28,383 nt of DNA from a virus (Duplodnaviria; Caudoviricetes): positions 1 to 28,383 of the IMG/VR virus record IMGVR_UViG_3300017777_002509; one strand, 5' to 3'. This document shows, one piece after another, positions 1-10,429 of the stretch. A model generated the notes under the pieces. That model had not been told where the DNA came from. It did not search any database and saw only the letters and a list, made by a program, of their open reading frames with translations. Each line of letters opens with the position of its first letter. The first letter of the stretch is position 1. The position numbers and the translations under genes were made by a program.

Positions 1-294
1 ATTATCTACGTTCCACTGATTAACTTTACGATTACTGTCAAGAATAGCAACAAATCCATTTGCCGCAGTTGTTGGATTTGATTGACCCGCAACTAATCCA
101 GGAGCAATGCTTAAAAGGTCTGTGTAGTATCTACCACCAACTACTAGTGGGTTGGAGGAGTTGTCTCCGACAAACAATCTACCACCTTTATTGCCGTGCG
201 TTCCGACCCCAATCGTAAGACCAGGTTCCCCATAGTTAAGAGTTGTCGGAGCAATGGTTCCTGTGGATCTTTTAAATCTAATTATACTTGCCAT
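1..294 (-). CDS. 5' part of a probable tail fibre/virion structural protein, running off the window edge (not in ORF track)
   Basis: ATG at 294-292 overlaps the upstream stop (TAATG). The frame is open to base 1: MASIIRFKRSTGTIAPTTLNYGEPGLTIGVGTHGNKGGRLFVGDNSSNPLVVGGRYYTDLL... The IRxKRS...P..L..GE..........L+VG N-terminus is typical of phage fibre proteins. Confidence 0.65.
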   Translation of the reverse strand, partial: MASIIRFKRSTGTIAPTTLNYGEPGLTIGVGTHGNKGGRLFVGDNSSNPLVVGGRYYTDLLSIAPGLVAGQSNPTTAANGFVAILDSNRKVNQWNVDN

Positions 295-634
295 TAAAAG
301 ATACCTCCGTCAATGTTCAAATTTTGGGTATTTCCTGGTGTTAAATCTAAAGTTGCTTCCCACTTAGAGATTGCAGAATTATATACTAGAACCATACCAT
401 TCAATAAACCTCCACTAGTACTAACATCATCCAATGTACTTAAATTTCCCCCACCATTACCAGAAAAAGACGTTTTAACTTTAATTATACTTGACATTAA
501 AAGATACCTCCATCAATGTCTAAATTTTGGGCATTGTCTGATGTTAGATCTAAAGTTGCTTCCCACTTAGATGTCGAAGAATTATATACTAGAGTCATAC
601 CATTCAATAAACCTCCACTAGTACTAACATCATC
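279..634. repeat. direct repeat: 153-bp copies at 279-431 and 482-634 (period 203 bp)
   Basis: Manual alignment gives about 15 mismatches in 153 nt with no indels. Confidence 0.9.
294..497 (-). CDS. small virion-associated hypothetical protein, paralog of 497..730
   Basis: 67 aa; LDDV...NGMVLVYNS...KWEAT...IDGGIF motif; TAATG coupling on both sides. Confidence 0.75.
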   Translation of the reverse strand: MSSIIKVKTSFSGNGGGNLSTLDDVSTSGGLLNGMVLVYNSAISKWEATLDLTPGNTQNLNIDGGIF

Positions 635-730
635 TGATCCACTTAATAGAGTTTCGACGCCACTACCAGAAAAGAACGGTATAACTTTGAGTGCATTTTG
701 AGATCCAGCTCTGACTCTTATGTTTGCCAT
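497..730 (-). CDS. small virion-associated hypothetical protein, paralog of 294..497
   Basis: 77 aa; shares its C-terminal 45 aa with the neighbouring ORF; in a tightly packed operon. Confidence 0.8.
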   Translation of the reverse strand: MANIRVRAGSQNALKVIPFFSGSGVETLLSGSDDVSTSGGLLNGMTLVYNSSTSKWEATLDLTSDNAQNLDIDGGIF

Positions 731-735
731 TTTTG

Positions 736-1074
736 TTAACCTGTAGTAATTCCAGCAGTAACGAGTGCGCTACCTTCAACGACTCTGGTTTTTATTAATC
801 CATCATTTAATAATACATCATAACAATATCTTCCTGGTTTTAAACCCGATGTTATCGTTGACCCCAAAGATAATCTCAATGCTCCATAATTTGGGCTAGG
901 AAAAGAAACAACAAATGTGGCAGCAGTGGAACTAGATGAGGGATGCTTCTTCATTTTTGAAGTAGCAGTATATCCAGTCAAATTTAATGGTGTATTCGAA
1001 GTAGTCTCAAGATAAAATGTCTGAGTAAAATCAGATCCAACATCAATTACTATGTTACTAACATATGCTGCCAT
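736..1074 (-). CDS. small beta-sandwich virion structural protein (tail/baseplate-associated)
   Basis: 112 aa; N-I-IDxGxDF...LNLTGYT...MKKH...L.PGRYxYDV...RVVEG pattern common in myophage tail clusters; preceded by a late-promoter-like motif. Confidence 0.65.
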   Translation of the reverse strand: MAAYVSNIVIDVGSDFTQTFYLETTSNTPLNLTGYTATSKMKKHPSSSSTAATFVVSFPSPNYGALRLSLGSTITSGLKPGRYCYDVLLNDGLIKTRVVEGSALVTAGITTG

Positions 1075-1101
1075 TGAATGTAAATATATTACTTTCTAAT
1101 A

Positions 1102-1108
1102 TATTTAT
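1102..1108 (-). promoter_or_regulatory. T4-type late promoter-like motif ATAAATA
   Basis: Minus-strand ATAAATA about 28 nt upstream of the 1074 ATG (T4 late consensus TATAAATA); AT-rich background lowers specificity. Confidence 0.55.
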
Positions 1109-1326
1109 CATTTAGATAATATTAATTTATTTAATAAATCTTTTATTTCGTCAATATCATTTTTGATCTTTATTACATCTTCTTCTATTTGTTTTGATTT
1201 TTTAATTTCATTCATTTTATCTTCTTTTATTTTTAGATATTTTTGATAGTCAAGACTTGAGCAATTAATAATTGCATTAGTTTTTTCGTCCCTAAACAAA
1301 AAATTATGATCTTTTACTGGTATCAT
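1108..1326 (-). CDS. hypothetical coiled-coil protein
   Basis: 72 aa; LFRDEKTNAIIN N-terminus and heptad-like C-terminus; ATGA overlap with the upstream gene. Confidence 0.75.
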   Translation of the reverse strand: MIPVKDHNFLFRDEKTNAIINCSSLDYQKYLKIKEDKMNEIKKSKQIEEDVIKIKNDIDEIKDLLNKLILSK

Positions 1327-4300
1327 GATTTTGTTGCAATTACTCTTAAATCTTTAATTTTTGGATACAAAGCTTGATTTGTTCCAGACATTAAAATTTT
1401 AATTTGAAGTCCATTAAATAAAGGAAGAGCATCTGCCGTAAACTCATAACTTCCAAAATCATTAAAGTTTATAGAAGGAATAACTAAATTATCCGGTAAA
1501 CTATTATTATCTTTTTCATTTATTATATTTCCATTATTGTCTAAATTTGTATATCCTGGAAATAATTCAAATGCTTGTTGTTGTGATGATGTATCATCTC
1601 TCAGAATTCTATACATTACTCTAATATCACTAGATGCATCTCGATAAGCATCAAATAGTACTTTTAAACTATCCGCAGATTGTTTTAATTTAATAATTTT
1701 TGAAACATAAATCGCTGCATGTGGGTCATCAGTTAAACTATTTACTCTAGAATCTGTAACATAATTATCTACTGGTTTATTTAATCTTGTCATTATTGTA
1801 ATAATATTAGTTCGATCTAAGTCAATCATTGGTGATACTTTTGGATCACCAGTCGAAAGTAACATTTCTAAAGTAAATGATTTTGCCCCTGGATAATTCG
1901 ATAATCTTGCTGTTTCATTTATTTTTGAAGAAATAATTCTTGGTGATGTTAAAATATTATCAGAATTTAAAGAAATATCTTGATAACCTTGATCTACGAA
2001 TGATATTTCAGTACCATCCGCACTTGTTCCTGAAAATGTTCTTATTTTGGAACTAATTTCTGTAGTTTGTGGTAATAGTGTTTGAATATTTGGTCTTATA
2101 ATATTAAATTGAATATTTTGAGATGCTTTTGGTCCTTTTGTAGATCCAACAACAGGAGAAAATGCTTCATATGTTCCTCCTGATTTTGTTTCATTAAAAA
2201 ATAATTCAGAAAAACCATTTACATTACCGGTAGATCTATCTAAACCTCCAGTAGATTGGTCTAATGCTATACTATATTCATCCAAATCAATATTATAAGA
2301 TCCAGAAATTGTATGAGTTTTATTTATTCTTTTTAAAGAAACACCATTTAATTCATATTTAAACACTAATTGATTAGCATCATATGACTCTAGAATAGTA
2401 CCTCTGACGATTCCGGTTATAGTATTTGTTGCCACATTTGCCGATGTATATCCAACAATTTCATCTTTAATTAATATGTAACCCGTATTTCCTGCACCTA
2501 CTGGAATATTTTCAAACGTTGTAAGTATTCCAACGGAAGAAGTAAATGAAATATCAGCAGTTGAAGTATTACTATAAGATGTTGCTAATTTTAATGGTGC
2601 TAAATCTGGTTCAATTCCACTTAAAATTACTTTATTTTGAGGAGAATACATTCCATGATTATTATGATTTACTTTAAATCGTAATCCGTCTTTAATTTCG
2701 ACAATAGATGTTATGCTAGAATTAGATATAGTTGCAATTCCGGAAGATCCTTCATATTGAAGATATTTTGTCGGATCTGTGTCATTTATTTTTCCTTGAA
2801 TATTGTCAACAATCAAACTATTTACTGATGTAATAATACCAGTAGTATTTGGAATACTTAAAATGAGATTCTTTCCAAGATTTCCTGTATTTGTTGATGC
2901 AACACTTAAAATATCACCAACAGCATAACCAGTTCCTCCAATAGAAACTGTTGCTGCTATTGCTACTCCATTATTTACAGTCAAATTTACTTTAGCCCCT
3001 CTACCAAAACCACTAATACTAATCAAGTCTACATTTGAGAATACTGTAGTCGTATATCCCGTTCCTGGATTTGTTATTACCAATGTTCCAGTTGTTCCTG
3101 TACTGATACCACCAAGAACTTTTACTAATTTTGAAGAAAAATTAGAATTATTTTTTTGTGTAATTTTAACACCAGAAGAAAGATTTTGTTGATCAGACGA
3201 TGAAATACTAGTCCCAATACCAATAAAACTCGATTTAGAATACATTTGAATTGGATTTGATCTCAGCGATACAACTTGATCATTTCCGATGTCTAAATTT
3301 GGATTATAAAATCTCACAGATCCAGCATCAGTTACAAAATTTGCACGATAAATTGTTAATTTCAAATCTTCAAGTTGACTTGGATCCCAAGTAGAACCAT
3401 TTTGGGATTTAAATAATGACCCCAAAAGTGGTTGTTGTGAAACTATTATTTTTTCTGCTTCTGGTCTTGAAAGTGTAGAAATGTCCGTTTCTGTCATTCT
3501 AGAAATCCAAACATTGTATTCGTCAGATGCAGATAAAAGAACTACAGAATAAGAATTTGATGTTTCAAGATAAACTGGAGATGGAAATGTAAATGTGGTT
3601 GGAATTGAAGCATCATCAGAGATAGATACTTGATCTGGATTTAAAATAACTTCACCAAAAGGCAAAATTGTTTGAGTAGGAAGTCCAGTATTCATAGTTC
3701 TAACTTGTAAAGTAACTGGAAGATTGTTTGTTGATTTGGATTGAAAATAAATATCACATTTAGTTATAAATACACCATTCGAATCCGCAACTTCAAATGA
3801 TTGTGCAAGTGGATCTACCCATCTTGTTTGTGTTACTGTGCGATTTGAAAATGTAGTATTTGATACTAATCTTGTATCAGTTTCTGTAGTTATTCTATCA
3901 TCGGTTCTAGTATTTCTTGATATATCAGCATTTCTGATACGTAATGTTGTTGCTTCTACATTATCTAATGTTCCACTAGAAGAAAAACTAGTTTCGCCTG
4001 AACTTTGTGCGGAACCAGAAACTGTTGAATTTGTAGAACTTGTAGTTAATGTAAGAGTTTTTGTTCCTGTCGTAAATACTGGTGCCGATGGAGAAATTGG
4101 ATCTGGTATAAAAAATGATCCAATAAACGTACCGGCATTATCACTAATTAATCTTAAATTGTTAATATTTGCTATTGCGCCACTCGATTGTCCAATCAAT
4201 TTCATTCCTACTGCAATGCATCCATAAAAACTCGAATCCGATTGTAGTTCTAAACTTGCCGTATCAACATTTAACAAATTGGTAGTTGAAGAATAAGAAG

Positions 4301-7300
4301 AAGAAATTATACTAGTTGTATCGTATGGATTTGATACATACACTTCTGATGGATTATTATAAGGTCCATACTTATGATTTTGTGTCGATAATCTAAATTT
4401 AATGGTTTTTGATCCCAATACACCAGTAATAGTTTCTCCATTAATAAAAGTTCCACTAGACATAGAAACTTCTAATAGTTTTGGTATTACATAATTTGTA
4501 ATGTCAATATTGTCAAAAAATGCATAAAATTGACTATTTGGTTTGAGCCTTCTTGCTATCATTTCAATATTTCTAGATCTCATATATGTTAAAATTTCTC
4601 TAGAAATTACTTTATCTCCAAGATTTGTTGTGTTAAATCTTTCGGAAACTCCAAATTGAATTCCATTTCTTGTTTGATTTCTTGTTGTAATTGATGTTTG
4701 ATTTGAAAAATTAATAAAACTATCTTGAAATGTTTGTGCTGTGGTGATTGGGATTCCAAAGTTTTGTCCATCATTTGTAAATCCACCACTTTGAAATGAG
4801 GATTCGGAAAGTAAAGATGTTCCAGTTTGTGACGAAAAAACTGTTGGACCTTGAGATTGTTGTATTCCCGTCCAAGTGGTCTCCCAAGATCCCCAATCGA
4901 CTGGCGATAATCCAGTATTTGTGTCAACACTTAGTTGTTGTATTGCAGAATTATAAGAACCTTCAATATCTGCAGTTTTCTCTGTTTTTCTAGTTTCAAT
5001 CCAAGTATCTGACGAAGGATTTAATTCAATAGTACCTATCCAATTTACAACATTAAATGGATTTACATTTACGAATCTAGTTGCGTATTTATTTTTAACA
5101 TATTCAACATCAGTATATTTCAAACATACAACATCACCAACTCTTGTGATATTTGGGGAACCAAGATCATTTACAAATCTTAAATCTGCATTTGGGTCAA
5201 AAACATTTCCAATACCAATTATTGATTCTGACCCTAATAAAAGATCAATACTTGTAGTATATGGTTGTGGTTTTAATTCTCCAGAATTTGCATCAATACT
5301 ACTTCTATATAAACGATTTGAAATATCCCCACCATTATATGATTTAAAATTATCTACAAAAAAACCACATTTAAACCTATCTAATTGTGTGGTTTTATCT
5401 CTAATTGTTAAATTTTGAGTATCAGTTTCAAGTAAAGACAAAGAAGTGTAATATTCCACATTCGAAAGTCTTTTATCAAGACTTGATATATCTTGCATTC
5501 TATATCTTTTATGAGCTGCTAAACTTATTTTTGCGCTAGATGCATTAAATAAATATGCAGGTAAATATACTGTTCCTATTTCTAATGAAGAATCCAGACC
5601 ATTTGGAACTTTTGGTGCGAGTGAAGGAACACCTTTATTGATAATAAATGCCCCATCTTTATCTAAGAAAATTCTATCTATTCTAGATAGGTAATAATCA
5701 TAAGATAGATTTATATTTTTATTTTTTGCAAAAATATCAGTAGATGATCCATTTAGTGGTTCAAATATTCTTGATTGGAAATCAAATGGTGATAGAGATC
5801 CGGAATAACTAGATACCTTTGGTCTGCAATCTAGAACATCTGTTAATCTAATTCCATCAACAAATGATATATCTTGATCATATCGATCTTTATCATATGA
5901 ATTTACACCAACAAAATCACCAGTGTCTGAAGAACTTATAGTATAATAATTGTAAATTATTTTAATTTTTTTAGATGGGGCAACACTATCGGACTTTCTT
6001 ATAATTCTTGAATAATCTAAATATTCCGATCTTTGCCCATCATCAAATATATAATTATTTTTTATATTTTTATCACCGGGAAATTGAAAAGAGACAGATG
6101 CTTGAATTTGTGATTCTTGAAAAATGATGGTTTCATTTATTGAAAATAAATTTTCATTTAAATAAACTATATCAATTTGATTTGTTCCTACAGATGATAC
6201 TAATATTGCTACTGCTCCACTAGATTTTCCTATAATTAATTCACCTTTTACTGAATTTAAAACATTTGATGTTAAATTTATAAGTTGTAAATATGGTAAG
6301 GATGGATCTCCTGTTGTTGATGATTCAACAACTGCAATAACATTCGAAACATCTGGAATATTTAAAGAAATTTCTTTATCTTGAACTCTAATACCATATA
6401 TCGAACTATAAGCCAATCCGTCATTAAGTGTAGTTCCACCGATACCAGAACCTTGAGATGATGACTTGTTAACAATTAGTGATGAACATCTATTAAAAAT
6501 TTTCTTTTTAGTTTTAGCATTTATTTTATTTAAAGTGTAAGTAAATGTTGCTAATCCATTTTGACTTATATTAAATAATCTATTATTTTGAAGATCAACT
6601 TTTTGATTTGAAAGTGTTTCTATTGTTCCATTAGAAAATGTTAAATTATAATCTTCTTCATCAAATGGAACAAATGTTAAATCTGCAGAAGTTAATAATG
6701 AAGATAAATTGGTATATCCATTATTAGTAATTGTAATCAATATACTTCTTCTTATTGTGATATCGGATCCAGTTAAATTTAAGTTGGCAATATTTGATTT
6801 ATTTAATTTAGAATATAGAGACACGTTTGTAGTATTTAAAACTTCAAGTGTAACTTTTTTGAGATCATTAGTCGTAATTGCAGAACTTGGAAGAGATCCA
6901 GAACAAATTCCAGAAATAGATGGCAATGCTACAATTTGCAAACTTTTGGAAGAGGTGCTGATTTGATTTACTTGATTATAAACGGGTAAACTTTCTCCCT
7001 GTTTGCTGTAAGAAATGATATCACCTGTGTTTATTCCAATATAAAAATTCTGATTTGAAGTTGTAACTGTACTAATTCCACCAGAATTTGCCGAAATAGT
7101 AAATTGTGTACCAGTTGGTGCAATTGATATTTGATTGGAAAGTAATGGATCTCCAGTAAAACTTACTCCATTTCCAACTAATTGGTGAACATCGGAAAAA
7201 TTATAGTCTCTAATATTGACAATTGTTCTTTCTGTAGTTTCGTTTATTTCTATTGTTTCTTCTTTAATAAAAGAACCAGAAACTTGATACAATTTCATAA

Positions 7301-8813
7301 TATTTGATGAACTCATACTATTCACAAGATAACCAGTTGCTCCGCTATTTTTGCCTTTAATAAATGCTGGCAGTGTTTGAGATAATGTTGCATTTAATGT
7401 TAAAATTGTATATGTTTGTATATCATACAATGATATTTCAAATTGAGTGATTGCATTGGCATATGGAGCATTTTTTAATTTAAGATCATAAACTCTAGAA
7501 ATTCCAATTTGTTCTCCTGAAGATATACCAGCAGTTGCAGTTCTTCCATTGTACAGATTTACATACGATGTTGTACCAAAACCAACTGGAATAGAACCGG
7601 TCACGTTATTTAAAACTATTTGTCTGCCAAGATTAAACGGGATTGCTTGATTGTAATCAGTGTCTGTAGTTCTTGGTTTTTCTAAATCAATTATTGTATT
7701 ATTAATGGTTTCTACTTCATAACCTCTTATGTAAGCTTTTCCTGGGCTTACTGAAAGGCAAAGTAAATCTTTGGATACTTGATTTCCTTGTTTTGTTTTT
7801 TGATTTTCAAAATATATTCCATTATTTCCAGTTCTATTATTTAAACATTCTTTTGGTACTATATCAAATGACTTAATGTAATAGTCACCACTTTCGTCAT
7901 ATGTTCTTCTTGCCAATTCATCACGAATTAAATTGTAATTTGTATTTTTTACAAATTTTTGCAATAAACCATTTTCTACTCTTAAAAGTTCAATAAAATT
8001 TTCATCATTAAAATCTTCAATATTTTTTTTAATTAATGATGTAGATATTTTTAATCTATCTGCTCCTGGAGCCGCATAATTTGAAAAACCTTGGGCATTA
8101 TCAAATAAATCAAGATATTCATCAGATGCTACAACTATTTCTTCATTAATTAAAAGTCCTACTCTGTAACTTGGCACATTTGTATATTGGTCAAGTATTA
8201 TTGTTTCTTTGTTTATATTTACAAAAAAACCACGAATAAAATAAATACCTTCTTCGATTTTAGCAGCAGAACCAATAGCAGTAGAATTTGAAAGTATTGT
8301 TGTCGCAAATGTTGTTCCAGTTCTTATTGTTGATAGTGAATAAGTAATATCTTCTAAAGTAACTAAATTTTCTCCATCTACAAATGTATTTGTGGTAAAA
8401 TCAGTTTCACCGGAACTTTGATATTTAATATAAAGGGTATAGTTATTATTTTCGGAATCCGAACTATTAATATAAGTTTCTACCTTTGCTTTAACACCAC
8501 TAATTTCACCTTGAATTAATTTTCCAATCAAACTTTCAATATAAAGAGAAACTGGAAGACCCAAATGTGATTCATCTATTTGAATGCAAGTATACTCGGA
8601 ATCGTATGCTATTTGTCCAGGAATGACCATTGCACCTTCTTTGAATAAGTGCTTACCAAACTTTTCAATTTGGTTTTGTAGTATTGATTGTAATGTTGTT
8701 AATTCTCTAGCTTGTATTGGAGTTCCGGGTTTAAATAAAACTCTTTGATAATTATTTGAATCAGAAAAATCATCAAAATATGGTGATACATTTAAATTGG
8801 TGTTTTGTGGCAT
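1323..8813 (-). CDS. large virion structural protein, VrlC-like / DUF4815-type
   Basis: 2496 aa; N-terminal NLNVSPYFDDF...YQRVLFKPG.PIQARELTTLQSILQNQIE, LARRTYDESGDY, later DPLAQSF and GSLFKSQNGSTW motifs; follows gp8 as in cyanomyoviruses. Confidence 0.8.
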   Translation of the reverse strand: MPQNTNLNVSPYFDDFSDSNNYQRVLFKPGTPIQARELTTLQSILQNQIEKFGKHLFKEGAMVIPGQIAYDSEYTCIQIDESHLGLPVSLYIESLIGKLIQGEISGVKAKVETYINSSDSENNNYTLYIKYQSSGETDFTTNTFVDGENLVTLEDITYSLSTIRTGTTFATTILSNSTAIGSAAKIEEGIYFIRGFFVNINKETIILDQYTNVPSYRVGLLINEEIVVASDEYLDLFDNAQGFSNYAAPGADRLKISTSLIKKNIEDFNDENFIELLRVENGLLQKFVKNTNYNLIRDELARRTYDESGDYYIKSFDIVPKECLNNRTGNNGIYFENQKTKQGNQVSKDLLCLSVSPGKAYIRGYEVETINNTIIDLEKPRTTDTDYNQAIPFNLGRQIVLNNVTGSIPVGFGTTSYVNLYNGRTATAGISSGEQIGISRVYDLKLKNAPYANAITQFEISLYDIQTYTILTLNATLSQTLPAFIKGKNSGATGYLVNSMSSSNIMKLYQVSGSFIKEETIEINETTERTIVNIRDYNFSDVHQLVGNGVSFTGDPLLSNQISIAPTGTQFTISANSGGISTVTTSNQNFYIGINTGDIISYSKQGESLPVYNQVNQISTSSKSLQIVALPSISGICSGSLPSSAITTNDLKKVTLEVLNTTNVSLYSKLNKSNIANLNLTGSDITIRRSILITITNNGYTNLSSLLTSADLTFVPFDEEDYNLTFSNGTIETLSNQKVDLQNNRLFNISQNGLATFTYTLNKINAKTKKKIFNRCSSLIVNKSSSQGSGIGGTTLNDGLAYSSIYGIRVQDKEISLNIPDVSNVIAVVESSTTGDPSLPYLQLINLTSNVLNSVKGELIIGKSSGAVAILVSSVGTNQIDIVYLNENLFSINETIIFQESQIQASVSFQFPGDKNIKNNYIFDDGQRSEYLDYSRIIRKSDSVAPSKKIKIIYNYYTISSSDTGDFVGVNSYDKDRYDQDISFVDGIRLTDVLDCRPKVSSYSGSLSPFDFQSRIFEPLNGSSTDIFAKNKNINLSYDYYLSRIDRIFLDKDGAFIINKGVPSLAPKVPNGLDSSLEIGTVYLPAYLFNASSAKISLAAHKRYRMQDISSLDKRLSNVEYYTSLSLLETDTQNLTIRDKTTQLDRFKCGFFVDNFKSYNGGDISNRLYRSSIDANSGELKPQPYTTSIDLLLGSESIIGIGNVFDPNADLRFVNDLGSPNITRVGDVVCLKYTDVEYVKNKYATRFVNVNPFNVVNWIGTIELNPSSDTWIETRKTEKTADIEGSYNSAIQQLSVDTNTGLSPVDWGSWETTWTGIQQSQGPTVFSSQTGTSLLSESSFQSGGFTNDGQNFGIPITTAQTFQDSFINFSNQTSITTRNQTRNGIQFGVSERFNTTNLGDKVISREILTYMRSRNIEMIARRLKPNSQFYAFFDNIDITNYVIPKLLEVSMSSGTFINGETITGVLGSKTIKFRLSTQNHKYGPYNNPSEVYVSNPYDTTSIISSSYSSTTNLLNVDTASLELQSDSSFYGCIAVGMKLIGQSSGAIANINNLRLISDNAGTFIGSFFIPDPISPSAPVFTTGTKTLTLTTSSTNSTVSGSAQSSGETSFSSSGTLDNVEATTLRIRNADISRNTRTDDRITTETDTRLVSNTTFSNRTVTQTRWVDPLAQSFEVADSNGVFITKCDIYFQSKSTNNLPVTLQVRTMNTGLPTQTILPFGEVILNPDQVSISDDASIPTTFTFPSPVYLETSNSYSVVLLSASDEYNVWISRMTETDISTLSRPEAEKIIVSQQPLLGSLFKSQNGSTWDPSQLEDLKLTIYRANFVTDAGSVRFYNPNLDIGNDQVVSLRSNPIQMYSKSSFIGIGTSISSSDQQNLSSGVKITQKNNSNFSSKLVKVLGGISTGTTGTLVITNPGTGYTTTVFSNVDLISISGFGRGAKVNLTVNNGVAIAATVSIGGTGYAVGDILSVASTNTGNLGKNLILSIPNTTGIITSVNSLIVDNIQGKINDTDPTKYLQYEGSSGIATISNSSITSIVEIKDGLRFKVNHNNHGMYSPQNKVILSGIEPDLAPLKLATSYSNTSTADISFTSSVGILTTFENIPVGAGNTGYILIKDEIVGYTSANVATNTITGIVRGTILESYDANQLVFKYELNGVSLKRINKTHTISGSYNIDLDEYSIALDQSTGGLDRSTGNVNGFSELFFNETKSGGTYEAFSPVVGSTKGPKASQNIQFNIIRPNIQTLLPQTTEISSKIRTFSGTSADGTEISFVDQGYQDISLNSDNILTSPRIISSKINETARLSNYPGAKSFTLEMLLSTGDPKVSPMIDLDRTNIITIMTRLNKPVDNYVTDSRVNSLTDDPHAAIYVSKIIKLKQSADSLKVLFDAYRDASSDIRVMYRILRDDTSSQQQAFELFPGYTNLDNNGNIINEKDNNSLPDNLVIPSINFNDFGSYEFTADALPLFNGLQIKILMSGTNQALYPKIKDLRVIATKS

Positions 8814-8819
8814 TTTCTT

Positions 8820-10403
8820 TTAAAATTCCAATACGATTTTTACATCTTCTTTTTGACTAGAAGATCTGGGAATTGCTGATCTATTATCTATGTATATGAT
8901 TTCTCCAGACCTTTTATTGTATTCTGCTGATGCAATACCGGAATTAAAAGTAATTCCAAGTTGATATGTTCGATTATTTATGATTGTCGATATACCACTA
9001 AATCCAGAACTAATTGATAATGGTGTAGTTCCATTCATAGATGAACCAGTAATCAATAAACTACCACCAGACCCAGGAGATGAAGTAAATTTATTTATTT
9101 TATATCCAACACCAGTTGTTCCTAATCCAACTGGTTGGTAATATTTAAGAACTCCTGTAATGTTATCCCAAGATGCTACAAAACCAATTGCAGTAGATCC
9201 AGTGCTAATAGTTTGAGTAATCGTAGAATCTACAGCATAGGTTGTTGCGGTGGTTGCACTTCCGGTAAACTTAAGAGCACTAAGACCACTCACCAAAGAA
9301 GTATTTAAAATTTCGGTATTACTTCCTAATATTGTAGGATTTTTGATAATACCAACTCTTGCAAAATCATTACCAGAAATAATATCAGGATTTGATTCTA
9401 AAGTTTCATATCTAGAATATACAAGAACACGATATGCTCCTAGTTCTCTGTAAATATCATATCCATGCCCACCTTTTGGTGGTATGATTACATCAAATGT
9501 GGCAAGTGATGTGGCACCTATTCCTGTATTTAATAAAGATGTTGTAAGACCTGGAGCACCTGGAGAGAATTGGATAGTTGCATTTGTATATCCTTGCCCT
9601 CCATCAGTAACATAAACATCCATAACTTTTCCAAAAGAATCAGTAGTTACAGTTACTTTACCATCAGAACCATCTCCTAAAATTGGTATATTTGTAAATG
9701 TCGAAGATGCTGGTTCGTAATTATTTCCTCTTTGTTTAATGACAACTGAATGTATTTTTCCATCTATAGAATTTTCTTTAATTGATATACTCTCTCCAAC
9801 TATTCCCCAATTTTCTGGAACAGGTATAAATTCAATTGAATCAAACTTTACAATTTCCGATGGTTTAATTGTATAAAGATATTTCCAAATATATCCATCT
9901 CCACTTGTTCCTGCTGCTCTTTGTTCTAAATCAATAAAAGATGGTTCATCATATGAAGGTCTTCCGTTTGGATTTTCTGGATCTGTTCCATTTTGAATGC
10001 AAATATAAACTCTTAAATCTTCATTAACTACATAGTAATTTGCTTGATATAAACTTGATTGTTGTGTTACTGGTGTTTTGTTATAAATATTATAATCATT
10101 TCTATACATTTCATAAGTTGTTCCAGCAGTCCAAGTAACTTTTCGAATCATTCTACGAACATCATCCGTAGTAACTTGTTTCATTGCAATTATTGTATCT
10201 TTGATGTCATTTTCTTCCTTAAATCCGTCCAATGGAGATGGCCCAGTGTTCCAAGTAGATGATCCTCCGGCTAAAGGATTTGTAGAATTTGGTTGTCCAA
10301 TAAAAGTATAATAACGATTAAAAGTTTGTCCAATACCAATAAAACTTTTAACAAAGGTTTCGGCATTTAATATTCTAAATTGGTCAGATATAATAGCAGG
10401 CAT
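8820..10403 (-). CDS. gp8: baseplate wedge subunit (T4 gp8-like)
   Basis: 527 aa; MPAIISDQFRILNA start, W..GT.YEMYR, YYVVN...VYICIQN, DGYIWKYLYTI, and C-terminal SGEIIYIDNR...R...QKEDVKIVLEF. Confidence 0.88.
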   Translation of the reverse strand: MPAIISDQFRILNAETFVKSFIGIGQTFNRYYTFIGQPNSTNPLAGGSSTWNTGPSPLDGFKEENDIKDTIIAMKQVTTDDVRRMIRKVTWTAGTTYEMYRNDYNIYNKTPVTQQSSLYQANYYVVNEDLRVYICIQNGTDPENPNGRPSYDEPSFIDLEQRAAGTSGDGYIWKYLYTIKPSEIVKFDSIEFIPVPENWGIVGESISIKENSIDGKIHSVVIKQRGNNYEPASSTFTNIPILGDGSDGKVTVTTDSFGKVMDVYVTDGGQGYTNATIQFSPGAPGLTTSLLNTGIGATSLATFDVIIPPKGGHGYDIYRELGAYRVLVYSRYETLESNPDIISGNDFARVGIIKNPTILGSNTEILNTSLVSGLSALKFTGSATTATTYAVDSTITQTISTGSTAIGFVASWDNITGVLKYYQPVGLGTTGVGYKINKFTSSPGSGGSLLITGSSMNGTTPLSISSGFSGISTIINNRTYQLGITFNSGIASAEYNKRSGEIIYIDNRSAIPRSSSQKEDVKIVLEF

Positions 10404-10412
10404 TTTATTTGA

Positions 10413-10429
10413 TATTTATGTTTATTTAT
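10413..10429 (-). promoter_or_regulatory. tandem late promoter-like motifs ATAAATA (10423-10429, 10413-10419)
   Basis: Two minus-strand ATAAATA motifs at the gp7-gp8 junction. Confidence 0.55.

Noticed and set aside
279-634. DGR template/variable repeat pair
   Set aside because: Mismatches involve all four bases rather than only adenines, both copies are intact ORFs, and no reverse transcriptase is in the window
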